A stretch of 63,835 nucleotides of DNA, filler included, from Reclinomonas americana ATCC 50394 (GCA_048213135.1; 12 parts of 12 records of this genome joined end to end with filler, not necessarily neighbours in it), one strand, 5' to 3'; counted from the whole stretch's first letter, positions 39,532-52,400 are shown. Program-made: numbers and translations. The notes: generated from the sequence alone by a model not told the origin.

Positions 39532-42336
39532 ATGACGGCGTTGGAGATGGCGACGAAAGGCAATGTGGAGGGACTGCGCGACCTAGTGGCGCAAGAAGGC
39601 GCACGTGTGCTGCTGGTCAGGACGAAAGGCTACTGCTCCGCATTCTTTGCCGCCGCTCAGGAGGGCCACCTTGCCGTCCTGGACTACCTCTGGGAAGAGA
39701 GTGGTGTTGGGCCTGAACTCTCTCAGAAGGTCGACATCTACGGCTTCACACCGCTAATGGCGGCCGCCAACAGTGGGCGCCATCAAGTGGTAGATTGGCT
39801 GCTTGCCGATGAGCGGCGCTGTCCGCGGAAGATGGTGTTTGCGGTCACCAATGACCGTTCCTGGCATTCCCAGTCCACTGCCCTGCACTATGCTACGAGG
39901 CCATTGTGCGAAGCCTCGCAACTCGCTATCCCGACCTCATTCCCATGGTCAACAAGTGGGGCAAGACGGCGGCTCAACGGGCACGCGACGGAAACAAGCA
40001 GCAAGTGGCCGTTTTGCTCGATCGCTCAGCGCAGGTGCCACCGGCAAGCCAACAACAACAACAACAACAACAACAACAGCAGCAGGAGGAGCAGGAGCAG
40101 CAGCAGCAGCAGCAGCAGCAGGAGCAGCAGGAGCAGCAGCAGCAGCAGGAGCAGCAGCAGGAGCAGCAGCAGCAGCAGCAGCAGGAGCAGCAGCAGGAGC
40201 AGCAGCTGCAGCAGCAGCAGNNNNNNNNNNNNNNNNNNNNNNNNNNNNNNNNNNNNNNNNNNNNTTAATTAATTAANNNNNNNNNNNNNNNNNNNNNNNN
40301 NNNNNNNNNNNNNNNNNNNNCAGCAGCAGCAGCAGCAGCAACAACAACAACAGCAACAGCAGCAGCAGCAGCAGCAGCAATCTTCTCCACTCGCAGGTGG
40401 GATCTCATCTGCTCAGTGCACATTGTGTGCTCCACGCCATTTGTTCTCACAATCCAGCCATGAATGTGTTGTTGTCGCCCTTGCAAACCATACAGTGTCA
40501 GCACGCCTGGTGAGAGGCAGAGAGTGCTCTTTTCTGTCTGTCGTGTTGATCGTCCATCTGGCTCCTTGCATGTATCCGTCGCACACTCTCCTCTCATGTT
40601 TTCTTCTGTTTAGGTTGTAGGTGGTGATCCCGCCACGGCACGCCAGCTCGCCGACAAGGAAGCACTCATCGCTCAACTCCGGCAGGAGAAAGAGCAGCAG
40701 CAGCGAGAGTGGGATCTGCAGCGACGAGAGCACGAAGGCATCGTCGCCCAGTTTCAGCGAGCCATTGCCGAGGAGCAGCAGAAGAATGATCACCTGCAGC
40801 GGACTGTCTCTCAGCTGCAAGAAGGCATCATCAAGGAGCAAGAGAGGAATGCACTTCTGCTGCAGGCCAACAGGGGACTCCAAAGCAGCACTCAACGGCA
40901 ACATGCAGACTCGGCAGAGTTGCATGCGCAGCGAACCCCTGCGAATGAGCAGCAGCAGACGAATGTTGATGGCCAGCAATCTTTCTCGGAATGGCAGCAA
41001 GCCTGTAGCGAGCTGCGGGCTCAGCTGACCGCGGCGTCTGTGCGCGACAAGGACGATCTCGCCGCGCTGCAGCTCCTGCGAGAAGCGATCCAACTCATCT
41101 CCATTCTGCGACAGGATCTCGAGCTCCTCCTCACCCAAGGTCTGTCTCTTGCGCTGTTTGCTCTCTTTGCGATGTGTTTCAGTGCTTTGTGTCCATCGTT
41201 TCCCACTCCCATCACGCCCTCCACAGTCAACACCGGCGAGCAGCCCTTCAAGTTGTCTGAGATTGTGCAAGCCAGTGCAATTGACTCAAGCTCGGAGGAC
41301 TCAATCTCGCAGCGTGTCAAGGTCGGTGATGGCGGCCAGGGTGCCGTGTTGACGGAAGGGCAGCTGCGCGCCGTCTCCCACGTGGACTTTCTCAGGTTAT
41401 TTCTCGGCCGTTTTCTTGTCTACCGATGCCAATCTTCCCCCTCATGACCACTCTCAGTCCTGTGCGCAGCATTCGTTGTCCACAGTTCGCGCTCGTTGCC
41501 ACAGTCTTCCAGGTAATTCCGGACGCTCTCGGCTCCCTGCTGCAGCAGCTCTCGGTTGGGTTTTTTCCAGGCGAATTCGACATTGAGCAACTCTGCGTCT
41601 CATCTCCACCACCGAGGTGCAGATTAAATTCTCTGCGCTTTGTACCGTATCAGCGCTGCAGCCGCACTCATTCTGCCACGCAGATATTGCCGGATGACTC
41701 TGGATAAGCGGGGCAACATTCGCATGCGCTCCGCTGCGCTGTGCCCTGCCAACTACGATGCAATCCGTGCATTCAAGCGAAGTGGGATGACCACGGATAT
41801 GGATGCGTCGCTGTCGAGCACAGTGCTGCTCTACACCACTTTCCTTCCGGTCGCAGCTTGTCGCGACGAGGATCTTACGGAGAGCTGCGTCCGCCTGGAC
41901 CCTTCGACAAACGAAGACCGGCTGGCTGTGCACTTGCTCGCGGATCCCGCCAAGGTGCATATACTCACAATTTCGCATTCGCAGACTTGTTCGTTTCTGT
42001 TACCTCTCACTTGATGCTCTCTTTCTGTAGAATCGTGCCGTGAGGAACCTGCTCGCTGTGCGTCATCGCGTGGCTCATTTGGGCCGCTTGTTTGCACTCA
42101 CAGACGAAGAGTGCGTAAGCATCATGCGGGCGGTGCTTGTCTCTCTCCACTCGCTGTTCCCTGACGGGCACCAGGAGAGCATCCACCTGTTGTCCGAGTT
42201 TTTGAACTCCTTTCCCGCCTCCTCCTACGTTCCTCCTATGACAACTTTTTCGATGTCGCTGTCGCCGCTGTTCAGCAGCTCGTTGACCTGGACGTCTAAA
42301 AGTCGTCTCAGCTCTCCTGACCGAGAGCCGCCTTGA
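39532..42336 (+). pseudogene. Ankyrin-repeat / poly-Q / coiled-coil protein with a C-terminal DZIP3-like HEPN domain; frameshift at ~39895 (pseudogene or assembly error)
   Basis: Ankyrin motifs AFFAAAQEGHLAVLDYL, GFTPLMAAANSGRHQVVDWLL, TALHYA//EAIVRSL and WGKTA. The C-terminal exons give DMDASLSSTVL and LLAVRHRVAH (Rx4H). Confidence 0.65.
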
Positions 42337-42612
42337 TCAGCTGCCCTTTTGAATTTCAGCTTCGTTGTCTGAATTCCGAATTCCCACCTCTTCCTGAACT
42401 GCCTTCTCCTCCCGCCCCCTGGCCAAGTAAATTGTGCCTCTTGTGAAATCCCCTCCTCTCCACGCTTGCATCAATCAAGGGGCATGTGCATCATTCACTT
42501 GCAAATTTGAGGCATCGCAAGTCACGATGGGCTCGCAGAAAACGACGAGCGAGAGCAGCAAGAAAAGAGTGAGAAAACACAAAACTGGGCGCGGAAGATC
42601 TCAGTGCGCGCT

Positions 42613-45600
42613 TTACGCCACCACAGAGCAATCGTCACCCTTCCAGCCAGCAAAGCACGCGCAGCGGCCAGAGGCCGAGCAGCGACCACGGCCGTTGCAT
42701 GACTCCACAGGGCGGCAGCCACCTACATACACCCACCAACATGTGAGGGACAAACAGCCAAGTGATCGACCGCAGCGCAGCAGCTCGACAGGTACGCAAC
42801 AGTCCGGACCACCGACACCGGTGAAGCAGCGGCATCGACCATTGACACATTGCCTGTGACGAGTAGTGCGGAGTGAGTACCGAGCGTAACGCAGAAGCTT
42901 GTCAGCAAACTGGACCACCAGCCACACACCCACTGCAACACAACCGCAATGAGCAACGATCGCGACAACAATCCACAGAGAAGAAGCACTCACTTGAACA
43001 AGCTGGCATTCTTGCTCCACGGAGCATTGCACTGCGCGTCGGTTGTGCAAACAGCCGGCTGCACCACGGTGGTCTCATCACGCGGGACCACGAACACCTC
43101 ACGGCGGTTGACCGTCGTTGTCGCACTCGGAGCCGCACCGTTCTCGATACGGTTGGTGATCTTGATCGTCGTACGCAGCTCTTGCTCTGTGCACACGCAC
43201 ATCGTAGCGCTGTCAGGACACACACACACACACACACAAAACAAAAATATGTATGTTTTTCTCACTGCACTTACCGGAGGCTTCGACCACCGAGTAGCCC
43301 TGAACGTCGGTGCGAATGAACTTGAACCACGGGTTGTTGTTCCAGTTGGCGTACAGCGTCGCCAGCTGCACAAGTTGACCTGCGTGAGACGGATGTGTGT
43401 GGTGAGCGTCAACGAAACCGCAATTGCATTCCAGCAAGCACACGCATACCGAATGCCGGGCTGGCCCTCACACCAGCCATCTGTGATGTACCATTGCAAT
43501 AATTCATACATGTCAGCGCCAAATCGCCGTGACAAGACATGCGTCATGCATGACTCACGATTTGAGCAAGAGTAGCATCCACGGCAGCGAGCGGAACGGC
43601 ATTCGACACAACGCGTCGGAGACGAATGGCCAGGTTGTCGGCAATGTCGTCAGCTGTCGGCGCCTTGCGCCCTGCCGTCCAGTCAAGAAGAGCAAGAGAG
43701 ACGTTGATGGTTCCGACGCCAGGGACTGGGATCGGCACCAGCTGTCCCACCAGCGGGGCGATGGAATCTGGCGTGGAGAAGGCGTAGTTGTCGTACATGG
43801 ACCACTCGCTCACCGCCGGCGAGGAGAACTCGATCGCGACCGGCGACGTGGCAGGGTCGCTGGCCTTGCTGAAGTCATCGTACACCTGCATGTGTGTCAG
43901 GTTGGCAAGTAACTCGGCATCACAGGCAGCAGATACGTCGCAACTTGGGAGACGATGGCTGCGCTGAAGCCTCCAGAGAGCACAACCACGTTCTTGATGC
44001 CCGACTTGCGCAAGTGAGAGAGAATGTCGGCACGCTCCGTCGCATAGCCATCCCACGTGTCTGGCAAGAAAAGAGCGGAATGAGCATCAACTTAGCAGAG
44101 AGTGCGTGGTCTCCACACTACGCACTCACCAGCACTAGCGAGGAACGTCTTGAGGTAGGGCGAAAGCGCGTTCTTCTGCCCGGTGGCAAGCAAGGCTTGC
44201 GAGTTGGCCTTGTTGGCGCGAATGTCGGGCTCGATGTACCCGAAAGCAATGGCCTGAGCCGCAGCACTGGCACCGCTGCCCGAGGGAGCTGTGGCAGCAG
44301 CGTTGAACGTGGCGACAACCACGGCCGCTTGCGAAGCCGTGAGGCCGGCGTTGATTGCGGCCGTGGTCAGGTTGCCGTTGGTGGCGGCGGCAACGGCCAC
44401 TGCCTGCGCAGCCGCAGCGGCCACTGTCTGTGTCGCACCGGTGAAGCTGGCGGCCACAACGACGGCGGCGACTGGCACAGGCAACGACAAGCCCGTGGCC
44501 GTCGTGGTGATGGACGTCTGGAGCTGAGTCAGCGAGTTGACTGCCACCAGGGTTGCCACCGCCTTGACGCCGTCGAACGCAAAGCGTGAGATCGTGTTGG
44601 GATTGGCCCAAAGGCGCCAGACAGGCGAGCCGGAGGTGAGCTTGGACTTGAGCCAATCGCGCTGCTGCTTGCCGACGACAGTGGTGAGGAACAGCGGGTC
44701 GTTGGGGTTGACAGAGGTGGCGGCGGCCACGAAGTTAGCCTCCACTCTGCGAAGGGAGCAAGAAACATGGAATAAGAAAGAACATCAGTGAGGTCGACAG
44801 CGCGCGGTGGGAGCTCAGCTACGCAACGCTGCGCGTGTAGCATCATCGACCAGAGAGCGAGATCCGACAAAGCCGATCTCCTTGTTCGTCAGCGGGTCAA
44901 TCGTGTTCTCGGGAATGGTCTGCGTGTGTCGGGAAACGGGCAAGTCAGAAGATCAGAAAGCATCTCGTCGCGTCGGGACGCGCGTAACATGGTCCGTGCG
45001 TGCAATACGCTCATCGCTGACGATCAGCTGAGCCAGCGTGCCATCTGCATGACACAGGCGAGATCAATGATCGTGACTGTCGGACTGCGCGAGACAAGTA
45101 TGCCCTACGCAACACTGGAAGTCACGGTAGACGCGCACAATGTCAAAGCTGTTCGGGTCACTGTCGTTCAGCACCACGTCAGCCGGAATGAACTCGAACC
45201 ACGCAATGGATGCGTTGCGGCGGCGTTGAGTCTGCATGCGTGCGCGAAATGAGAACGAGACGAGGCGAATGCACACACACTTGACGTCGAAAAAACATCA
45301 CACCTGGCGAGTATTGTTGTTGGGATACGTGTCGCGGTCTTGCCACGAAGCAAAGGAGAACTCAGTGTCGTCCCACCTGCAAAACTACACTTTACACACG
45401 CAGAAAAGCACCCATGGCTGCACGACAAGAAGAGAGCTGGCACGCAACGTAATGATCCAGGCAAAGGACTCATGCGCACGCTGCAGACGGGGGTCGGCAC
45501 GGTACGTGGCGTGAATGAAGCGGTAGTCGGCGAGGGTGTCACTGCGCGGTAGCAGCAACTTTAGTAGACTGCACACAGTGTTTCTTTGGAGCTCAAAAAA

Positions 45601-47789
45601 AAAACGCAACGCGCGGTAGGGATCGACAACGTCGCCTTTGATGCCGGTGGCATTCGGGAAATCGAAGGGGGCATGCGCGGACTCCTTGGTGGTGATCTGT
45701 GAGAGCGCGTTGCGATCAGTGAGCAGCCGGAGAGGGAGGGAGGGAGAGAGGGAAGGGAGGGAAGGGAGGGAGAGGGAAGGGAGAGAGGGAAGGGAGAGAG
45801 GGAAGGGAGAGAGGGAAGGGAGGGGGAAGGGAGGGGGAAGGGAGAGAGGGAAGGGAGGAGAAGGGAGGAGGGAAGGGAGGAGAAGGGAGGAGAAGGGAGG
45901 AGNNNNNNNNNNNNNNNNNNNNNNNNNNNNNNNNNNNNNNNNNNNNTTAATTAATTAANNNNNNNNNNNNNNNNNNNNNNNNNNNNNNNNNNNNNNNNNN
46001 NNAGGAGAAGGGAGGAGAAGGGAAGGGAGGGACTGGAGGAGGAGAGGGAGGAGAGGGTGGAGAGGGAAGGGAGGGAGGAGAGGGTGGAGAGGGAAGGGAG
46101 GGAAGGGAGGGAAGGGAGGGAAGGGAGGGGAGGGAAAGGAGCGTGAGTGAATTGTACGGGTTTTACGAGTCACGCAACAGTCTTGAAAACCACGCTGCAC
46201 ACGAGAACAAAACAAGCATCGTATTGATTACAGTTAGTTGCAGCGAAGAACTTGACGTGATGAACGAGCTCGCACTCAACTACTCCTGGATGCAGTCGCC
46301 GAGGCAAACAACAAAGTCGGTGTCGCTCTCGTTGTTGACCAGGTCGGTCAACGAGCTCCAGTGACCATCGTTCCAGTCAAGGCCCCACAGCACCGCAGTC
46401 TTCATGCGCGCCGGGGCGGATCCGGCAGCTGGGAAAGTCTTGAAGCGACCAACCTGCACCACGATGAGAGAAACAAGACACAGACCGCGCATCAGCATCA
46501 AATACGGGGAAAGAACGACAAATGACGCAATTCTCACCCGGGAGTACACGCTGCCTGCAATAAACTGGTAGTAGTACGTGGTGTTTGCGGCAAGGCCGGT
46601 GACCTTGGAGCGGACTGTGCCGTTGCGCGCACTGAGCGCAGCAACCTTGCGGTTCACCGCGAACGGTCCGGTGATCGGTGTGCTGTGTCAGGGGAGGGGC
46701 GAGCACAACGTCAGAGGAGTGAAAAAGAGCAGGCGTGGGAGATGTTGCGCAACACGCAACTTGCTGTTGAGGCGAGAGGCGTTGCCGGCATCGCTGCTCA
46801 CCACCAGCGTGATGGTGACGCTGCTGACAGTGTTGTCCAGCGCCACCACACGGGTCCACACGATCGCACCGTCGGGAGTCGGGTCGCCCGAAGCCACTGA
46901 TTGCGGGAACTGTTGCAGGCGGTGTGCTCAGCACCAACGACACACACGCACACACATACACACACGCGCGACTCACCTTCCAGTTGGACCCCGCGGCCTC
47001 AGGAGGCGACAGGTCGGCACACTGCGGTCCAGAACGTCCCTCGACGCAGCTCTGGCAATTGGTGCCAGCGAACGGGAACGGGCACTGTCCGAACAGTCAG
47101 CGCCGCCAATTGAAGAAAACGAAACCAGAGAGCATTCACGCACGTAGCAAGTTCCGTCATGCAGACACAAACCGCGTCCGGAGCAAGTTCCGGCATCGGT
47201 GCACGGAGTCGGGTTGGGCACATACTGATCGGCGCCCTGCCCGCAGAATGGGAATCCGGTCTTCTTGTAGTTGGGAGCGCACACCTCGCAGAACGCTCCG
47301 CGATACTGTGTGGGCGAGGCAAGAGGAGAGTGTCTGACGTAAGTATGCGCGTCATGTCACGCGCGGAAAAATACAAAACACACACACACACGCACGCACA
47401 CACACACGCACGCGCGCGCACCTGAATGTTGCACACACAGACGCTGTTGACGCAGTTGCCGCCAGGCTGGTTGCACTGCTGGTTGGTGGTGCATGCGCCA
47501 CCTGTGCGCGTGGAGAGAGGTGTGGGGGGACGGAGGAAATGTCACATGTCTCACGCGCACACACGCACCGCCCGTCTGCGCGTGCGCAGTGATGGCACAC
47601 AGTGCCAGCAGAATGCTGTGAGAGAGTGTGAGCGCAAGTGTGTTCGAAGAGAGAGAGAGAGAGTTGGGACATCGGAGCCTTAGGTCACCCTGCTTGCACA
47701 ATTAATAAACGGAGTCAACGATAAACGCGTTCGGGGAAATACCACCCCAGCACGGAACTGCAGGTTAAGATGACGATGGAGCGGTGCAT
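42613..47789 (-). CDS. Secreted EGF-repeat + alkaline phosphatase D (PhoD)-fold protein, about 23 exons, with most metal ligands substituted
   Basis: Signal peptide MHRSIVILTCSSVLGCILLALCAITAHA; EGF-like Cys repeats at both ends; FPQSVASGDPTPDGAIVWTR, TTYYYQF, GDCIQEY, TLADYR, WIITWDDTE, GKQQRDWL, DTWDGYATER and NPWFKF..QGY. Confidence 0.88.
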
Positions 47790-48928
47790 GTGTTCCTGCG
47801 GCAGGAGCGTGTGTGTGTGTGAGTGAGAGAAATCGAGAGATAGAGTGTGTGTGGGAAGGTCTGCTTTACCTGTTCTCGCCGCTAGTGTGGGAAAAAAGTG
47901 AATATATCGAATATTGAAGCGAGCACTGTCCGTGACAGGGCATGTGTGCTTGTCCTCAGCGCCACTAATTGTTGGTCTGGCATGCACAATGCCGAAGTTT
48001 CACGTGGTTTCTGCGCATGCATCTGCCGTCGTTTGAGGACAGCTTTCAAGAGGGAGAGCGACAATGAGAAAGAGAGAGAGAGAGGAGGGAGGGAGGGAGG
48101 GAGGGAGGGAGAGAGAGAGAGAGGAGAGGAAGGAGGAGAGGAAGGAACGAGGAGGAGGAGGAGAGAGGAGGAGGAGGAGACAGAGGAANNNNNNNNNNNN
48201 NNNNNNNNNNNNNNNNNNNNNNNNNNNNNNNNTTAATTAATTAANNNNNNNNNNNNNNNNNNNNNNNNNNNNNNNNNNNNNNNNNNNNCAGAGGGAGAGG
48301 GAGAGAGAGGGAGAGAATGGAGAGGAGGTCAGTACAAGAGAGAGCTTGAAATAGAGAGAACAACAGGGCACAGAGAGAGAGAGAGAGAAGAGGGAAGAAC
48401 GCATGGAGCAAAAAGAGACAGACAGGGAGAGAGGGAGATAAGAGAGAGGCAGAGAGAGGAGAGAGAGAGAGAGGAGAGAGACAGAGTGTGTGTGTGTGAG
48501 AGAGAGAGAGAGACAGGTCTCCTGGTCTCCAAACATACATGCAGACATGGAGAGAGTGCTGGCAGACTTACTTTCGCGAATGTTCCGAGCGATCGACTTC
48601 GAGACTTGTCCTGCAATTTTCCATAACTTCTCCACCTCAACGACCGAATAATCCTCCTCCCTTGTCACACACACCCACTCCAACGCACCACGCACTCGGG
48701 CATCAGCCTCGCATCGCATCTCCGCAATCGTGTCCCGCGCGACTTTCGGACACCAGCTCACATTCACACATTCGGCGAGAGAAGTGGAGCAAGAAAACTC
48801 GGGACGCCTCCTCTTCTTCGCACACACGCCGCACGCACACAAGCCCGCACACGCATCCTCTCTCCACAGTCAAGTGCACAGTGCACAACAACTTCACACG
48901 CTGTGTCTCCTCCGCGACTTCAGCAGCA

Positions 48929-51120
48929 ATGCGCAGCACTGGTCACGTCCCAGCTCCTCTCAAACGCACTGCAGAGCGCGTGGAGATTGGTGAGTGTGTG
49001 AGACAGAGAGACAGAGATAGAGTTGACTAACAAGCAACAGGTGTTGTCATGTTCGATTTGTCTCAAGTTGACATCGCTTTTGCGAGGCGAGATTTTTTAT
49101 CGTGTTTGTGCACAGCGGAGTGGGTGGTTTGCATTGTGGGACATGCTTGCTGTTGCTTTGTCTGCCTCCAACGTGGACTGGAACGTGGGCTCATTGTTTA
49201 TTTGTGATTTTCTTTGTGTGTTTGTGTGTGCAGGGACGTGGGTGCGACAGGCGAATCCTGAGGATGTGGCCACTCATACACCACTTGTTGCGTAAAGGAG
49301 GAGGAAAGGGGGAGGAGAAGGGGGAGGAGAAGTTGATCAAGAAGAGAAGGTGAAGGAGAAGATGATCAAGGAGAACAGAAGAGACTGAGAAAGACAAGGA
49401 GGATCTGCGCACCGACTGCTGAGTGAGGGAGAAAGGGAGGAGGAGAAGGTGTCTACAGGTCGAGTGGCAAAAGGCCAAGAAGAGAGAGAGAGAAAGAGGG
49501 AGAGACAGAGAGAGACGGAGTAATCAGAGGGAATGTCGACGGAGCAAGGGATAAGAAGAGAATCAGTGAAGGTGGCAGGAGAGGAAACGAGAGACAGAGT
49601 TATCAGAAGGATGACAGCGAGGATGGAAAGAATCTGAGCAGATTGTCAGAGGAGAAGAGGGAGAAGAAGGAGAAGAAGGGAGGAAGAGAAGGTGGCAAGT
49701 GTCCAAGGAGAGGAACAGAGACAGAAGGAATGACTGAAGGAAAGGGAGATGCTTCCCCTTCCCCTTTCCCTCACTCTCCCCCTCCCCCTCCTCCCTTCCC
49801 CTCCTCTCACAGATCTGCAAAGTGGTGTTCTCCGCCCGCGTCTTCGCCTGGGAGATCAACGCCACCACGGCCTGCGGTGAACGACACTGTATCGAAATCC
49901 CCTTCGATACAGTCGCTGGTCTCGGTACGTTACTCTCCTCCCCATTTCTCTCCTCCCCCTATCTCACACCCGACCACCACAGACATTCAGTCGGTGACGA
50001 CCACCAAGCGGAAAATCAGCAATCTCATCATCGAGGTGATGTGCCCGCCCAGGCTGCTGTCGGGCTTGCATCGCAACTCGTCAAAGACCGAGTGGAAGGA
50101 GGCGACGTACGATGTCACTGGTGGCCAGGCATTCATGTTGCGTAGCGAGCTGGGGTGAAGAGATCATGCTTTTTTCTTCTCTCTCTCTCTCTCTCCACCT
50201 CCTCGCTCTTCAACCCTCGCTCCTCAACCCTCGCACTTCAATCCTTGCACCCTCATTTTTCAACCCACTCTCCTCAACCTCATTCTTTAACTCTCGCTCC
50301 TCAACAACCACCCTTCATCAACCCTCGCTTTTCAACCCTCGCTCTTCAACCCTCGCTCTTCAACCCTTGCTCCTACTCTCCTCGTCTTTCGCTCCTCAAC
50401 CCTCGTTCCTCAACCCTCACTGCTCCACCCTCGTTTCTCAACCCTCGTTTGTCAACCCTCTCTCCTCAACCCTTGCCCGCACTCTGCAACCCTTCCTCTT
50501 CAACCCTTGCTCCTACTCAACCCTCAACCCTTGCTTGCTCTTCAACCCTCGTTCCTCCAACCTCGCTCCTCATCTTTCGCTCCTCAACCCTGTTTCTCAA
50601 CCCTCGTTCCTCAACCCTTGCTCCTCCTCAACCCTTGCTCCACAATCATCACTCCCCAACCTTTGCTTCTCAACCCTTCCCCCCTTTAGATGTCGCTACC
50701 ACACGGTCACCGTCAAAGCCGCCGCCCTCAACGCCCTCCGCGAACTCTTTGGCTTTTACGAACCGCGCCTCAGCGACCTCCTCGGCCGCGGCCTCGTCGT
50801 GAACCCCCACGACATCTACTTCCGCAACGTCGCCGTGATGCCCATGACCGCCGGCGCCTCACCATCCTCCGTGCTCGCCTCGCCACTCATGTCACCCACC
50901 TCCCCACCACCCATGGGTGGTGGGCGCTTGCGGCGCGCTGGATCACCCGATCCCTCACAACAAGCACCACCACCACCACCACCACCGCCACCACCACCAC
51001 CAGCACCAGCACCAGCACCTGCAGCCGCACCACCGATGCCGCCGGGCGTTGTGCATGCAATGCAGCCAGCGCCCATGCACCATCACGCCACCCCACCCGT
51101 GTCCATGGAGTGCATGGATG

Positions 51121-51154
<34 letters not shown>

Positions 51155-52400
51155 AGCGTACATGCCAGCCAGCTACATGTCGCCGCCACCGCCACCGGGT
51201 CCCATCCGCGCGCCCATTCGTCGCGTGAGGGAGCCACCTGCGTCGCACGCGACATTTATTCCGCTGCGCCCGACGACGGCGGCAGCGACAACGGCTACCA
51301 CCATGTACGCTCCGCTGCCGACCAACATGCTGCCGCCATCGCTACCGCCGCCACCGCCACCACCGCCTGCGCCGCCAGTCGTGAAGATGGAGTCGATGGA
51401 GTCGCCTCCGCAGCCGAGCATGTTGGTCATCCCACCGTCGCCAGTGGCGGCTCACTCCTCCTCCTCCTCCTCCTCGTCGACCACTACCACCACTACCACT
51501 GCTGTGGCGGTGAGCGTTGACGACAGTGGAGTGGGCGGCAGTGGAGTGGCGACGGCGGTATGGGAGGAGTCGGCGTTCTCGTCGTCGCCTCACCACTTGT
51601 CGGCGTCGCCCGACGGAATGCTCTTCAAGCAGTCGCCGTCGCCGCCGCCATGGCAGTCCCTGTCGTCGTCGATTGCAGTTGCGCCGACTCTGCATTCTCT
51701 GTGCACGCCAGTGAGCTCACACACATCTTCTCCACGCAGAGTCGATTCCCCGTGTCGGCAATGCTGGCGCCAATGGGACTCTTTGCCATGTCGGGCTCGC
51801 CGCTCTTCATGACCTCACACTCGCCGGAGCTGCAGCCGTCATCGATGGAAACCGCCTTTGGCTCGTACTACTCGCCCCCGTCGCCGCCCAAGAGCCGCAG
51901 CAGCTTCTCGCCTCCCGCCTCGCCGGGAATGCACGCGGCCACACCGCCGCACATGTATCGCCACCTCGACCTGTCGCAAGGCATGCGACAGCCGCTGCGA
52001 TGCGAGGTGCGTCTTTCATGCCCCCTTCTTTATCACTTGCTTCTGTCTTCTCACCTTTACCCCTTCTTCGAAACAGGCTCACACTGCCAGCTTCCACATG
52101 AACCCGTCGCCACCGCCAGTGCAGCCACCGCTGACTGGTCCCGGTACCAAGCGCACCATGGACGCGGTTCTGCTGGAAGAGTCGACGATGATGTGTGAGC
52201 AGCAGCAGCAGTCGAGCACGGGCGGCCCACCGAACCAGGTGGGCGCCAGCGGCGTGCAGCTGTGGATCTCCCCGCCGCACATGATGATGGCCGGTAACGG
52301 TGGTGCCGGTGGCACGGCTGCTGCTGCTACTACTGCAGGAGTCAGTGGTGGGGTTGGCGAACCGCCAACCAAGATGCGACCAACATCCATGCACCTATAG
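48929..52400 (+). CDS. Protein with an N-terminal TRF2/HOY1-type PH-like domain and a long Pro/Ser-rich tail
   Basis: Spliced VEIGTWVR..LICKVVFSARVFAWEI..IEIPF..W..DVTGGQAFICRYH..EPRL resembles the plant/amoebozoan IGxW..LVAKCYFAK.KLVWE..DFTGGQAS..R.H family. The start codon is tentative. Confidence 0.7.
50200..50685. repeat. Intronic degenerate short repeat with core TCAACCCT
   Basis: More than 20 occurrences of tcaaccc(t) at irregular, mostly 15-20-nt spacing. Confidence 0.85.

Noticed and set aside
43474..43480. Possible 7-nt micro-exon in the PhoD-like gene
   Set aside because: A 31-nt exon (43480-43450) with a GTATGC donor and a 70-nt intron fits the same phase better.
46280..46282. 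Apparent in-frame TAG after GDCIQE, suggesting stop-codon reassignment
   Set aside because: The TAG spans a splice donor (TA|GTTGAGT); splicing gives TAC (Tyr). Other genes end normally in TAA, TAG or TGA.
50200..50685. TCAACCCT units as interstitial telomeric repeats
   Set aside because: The units are not tandem hexamers; this is an intronic pyrimidine-rich minisatellite.
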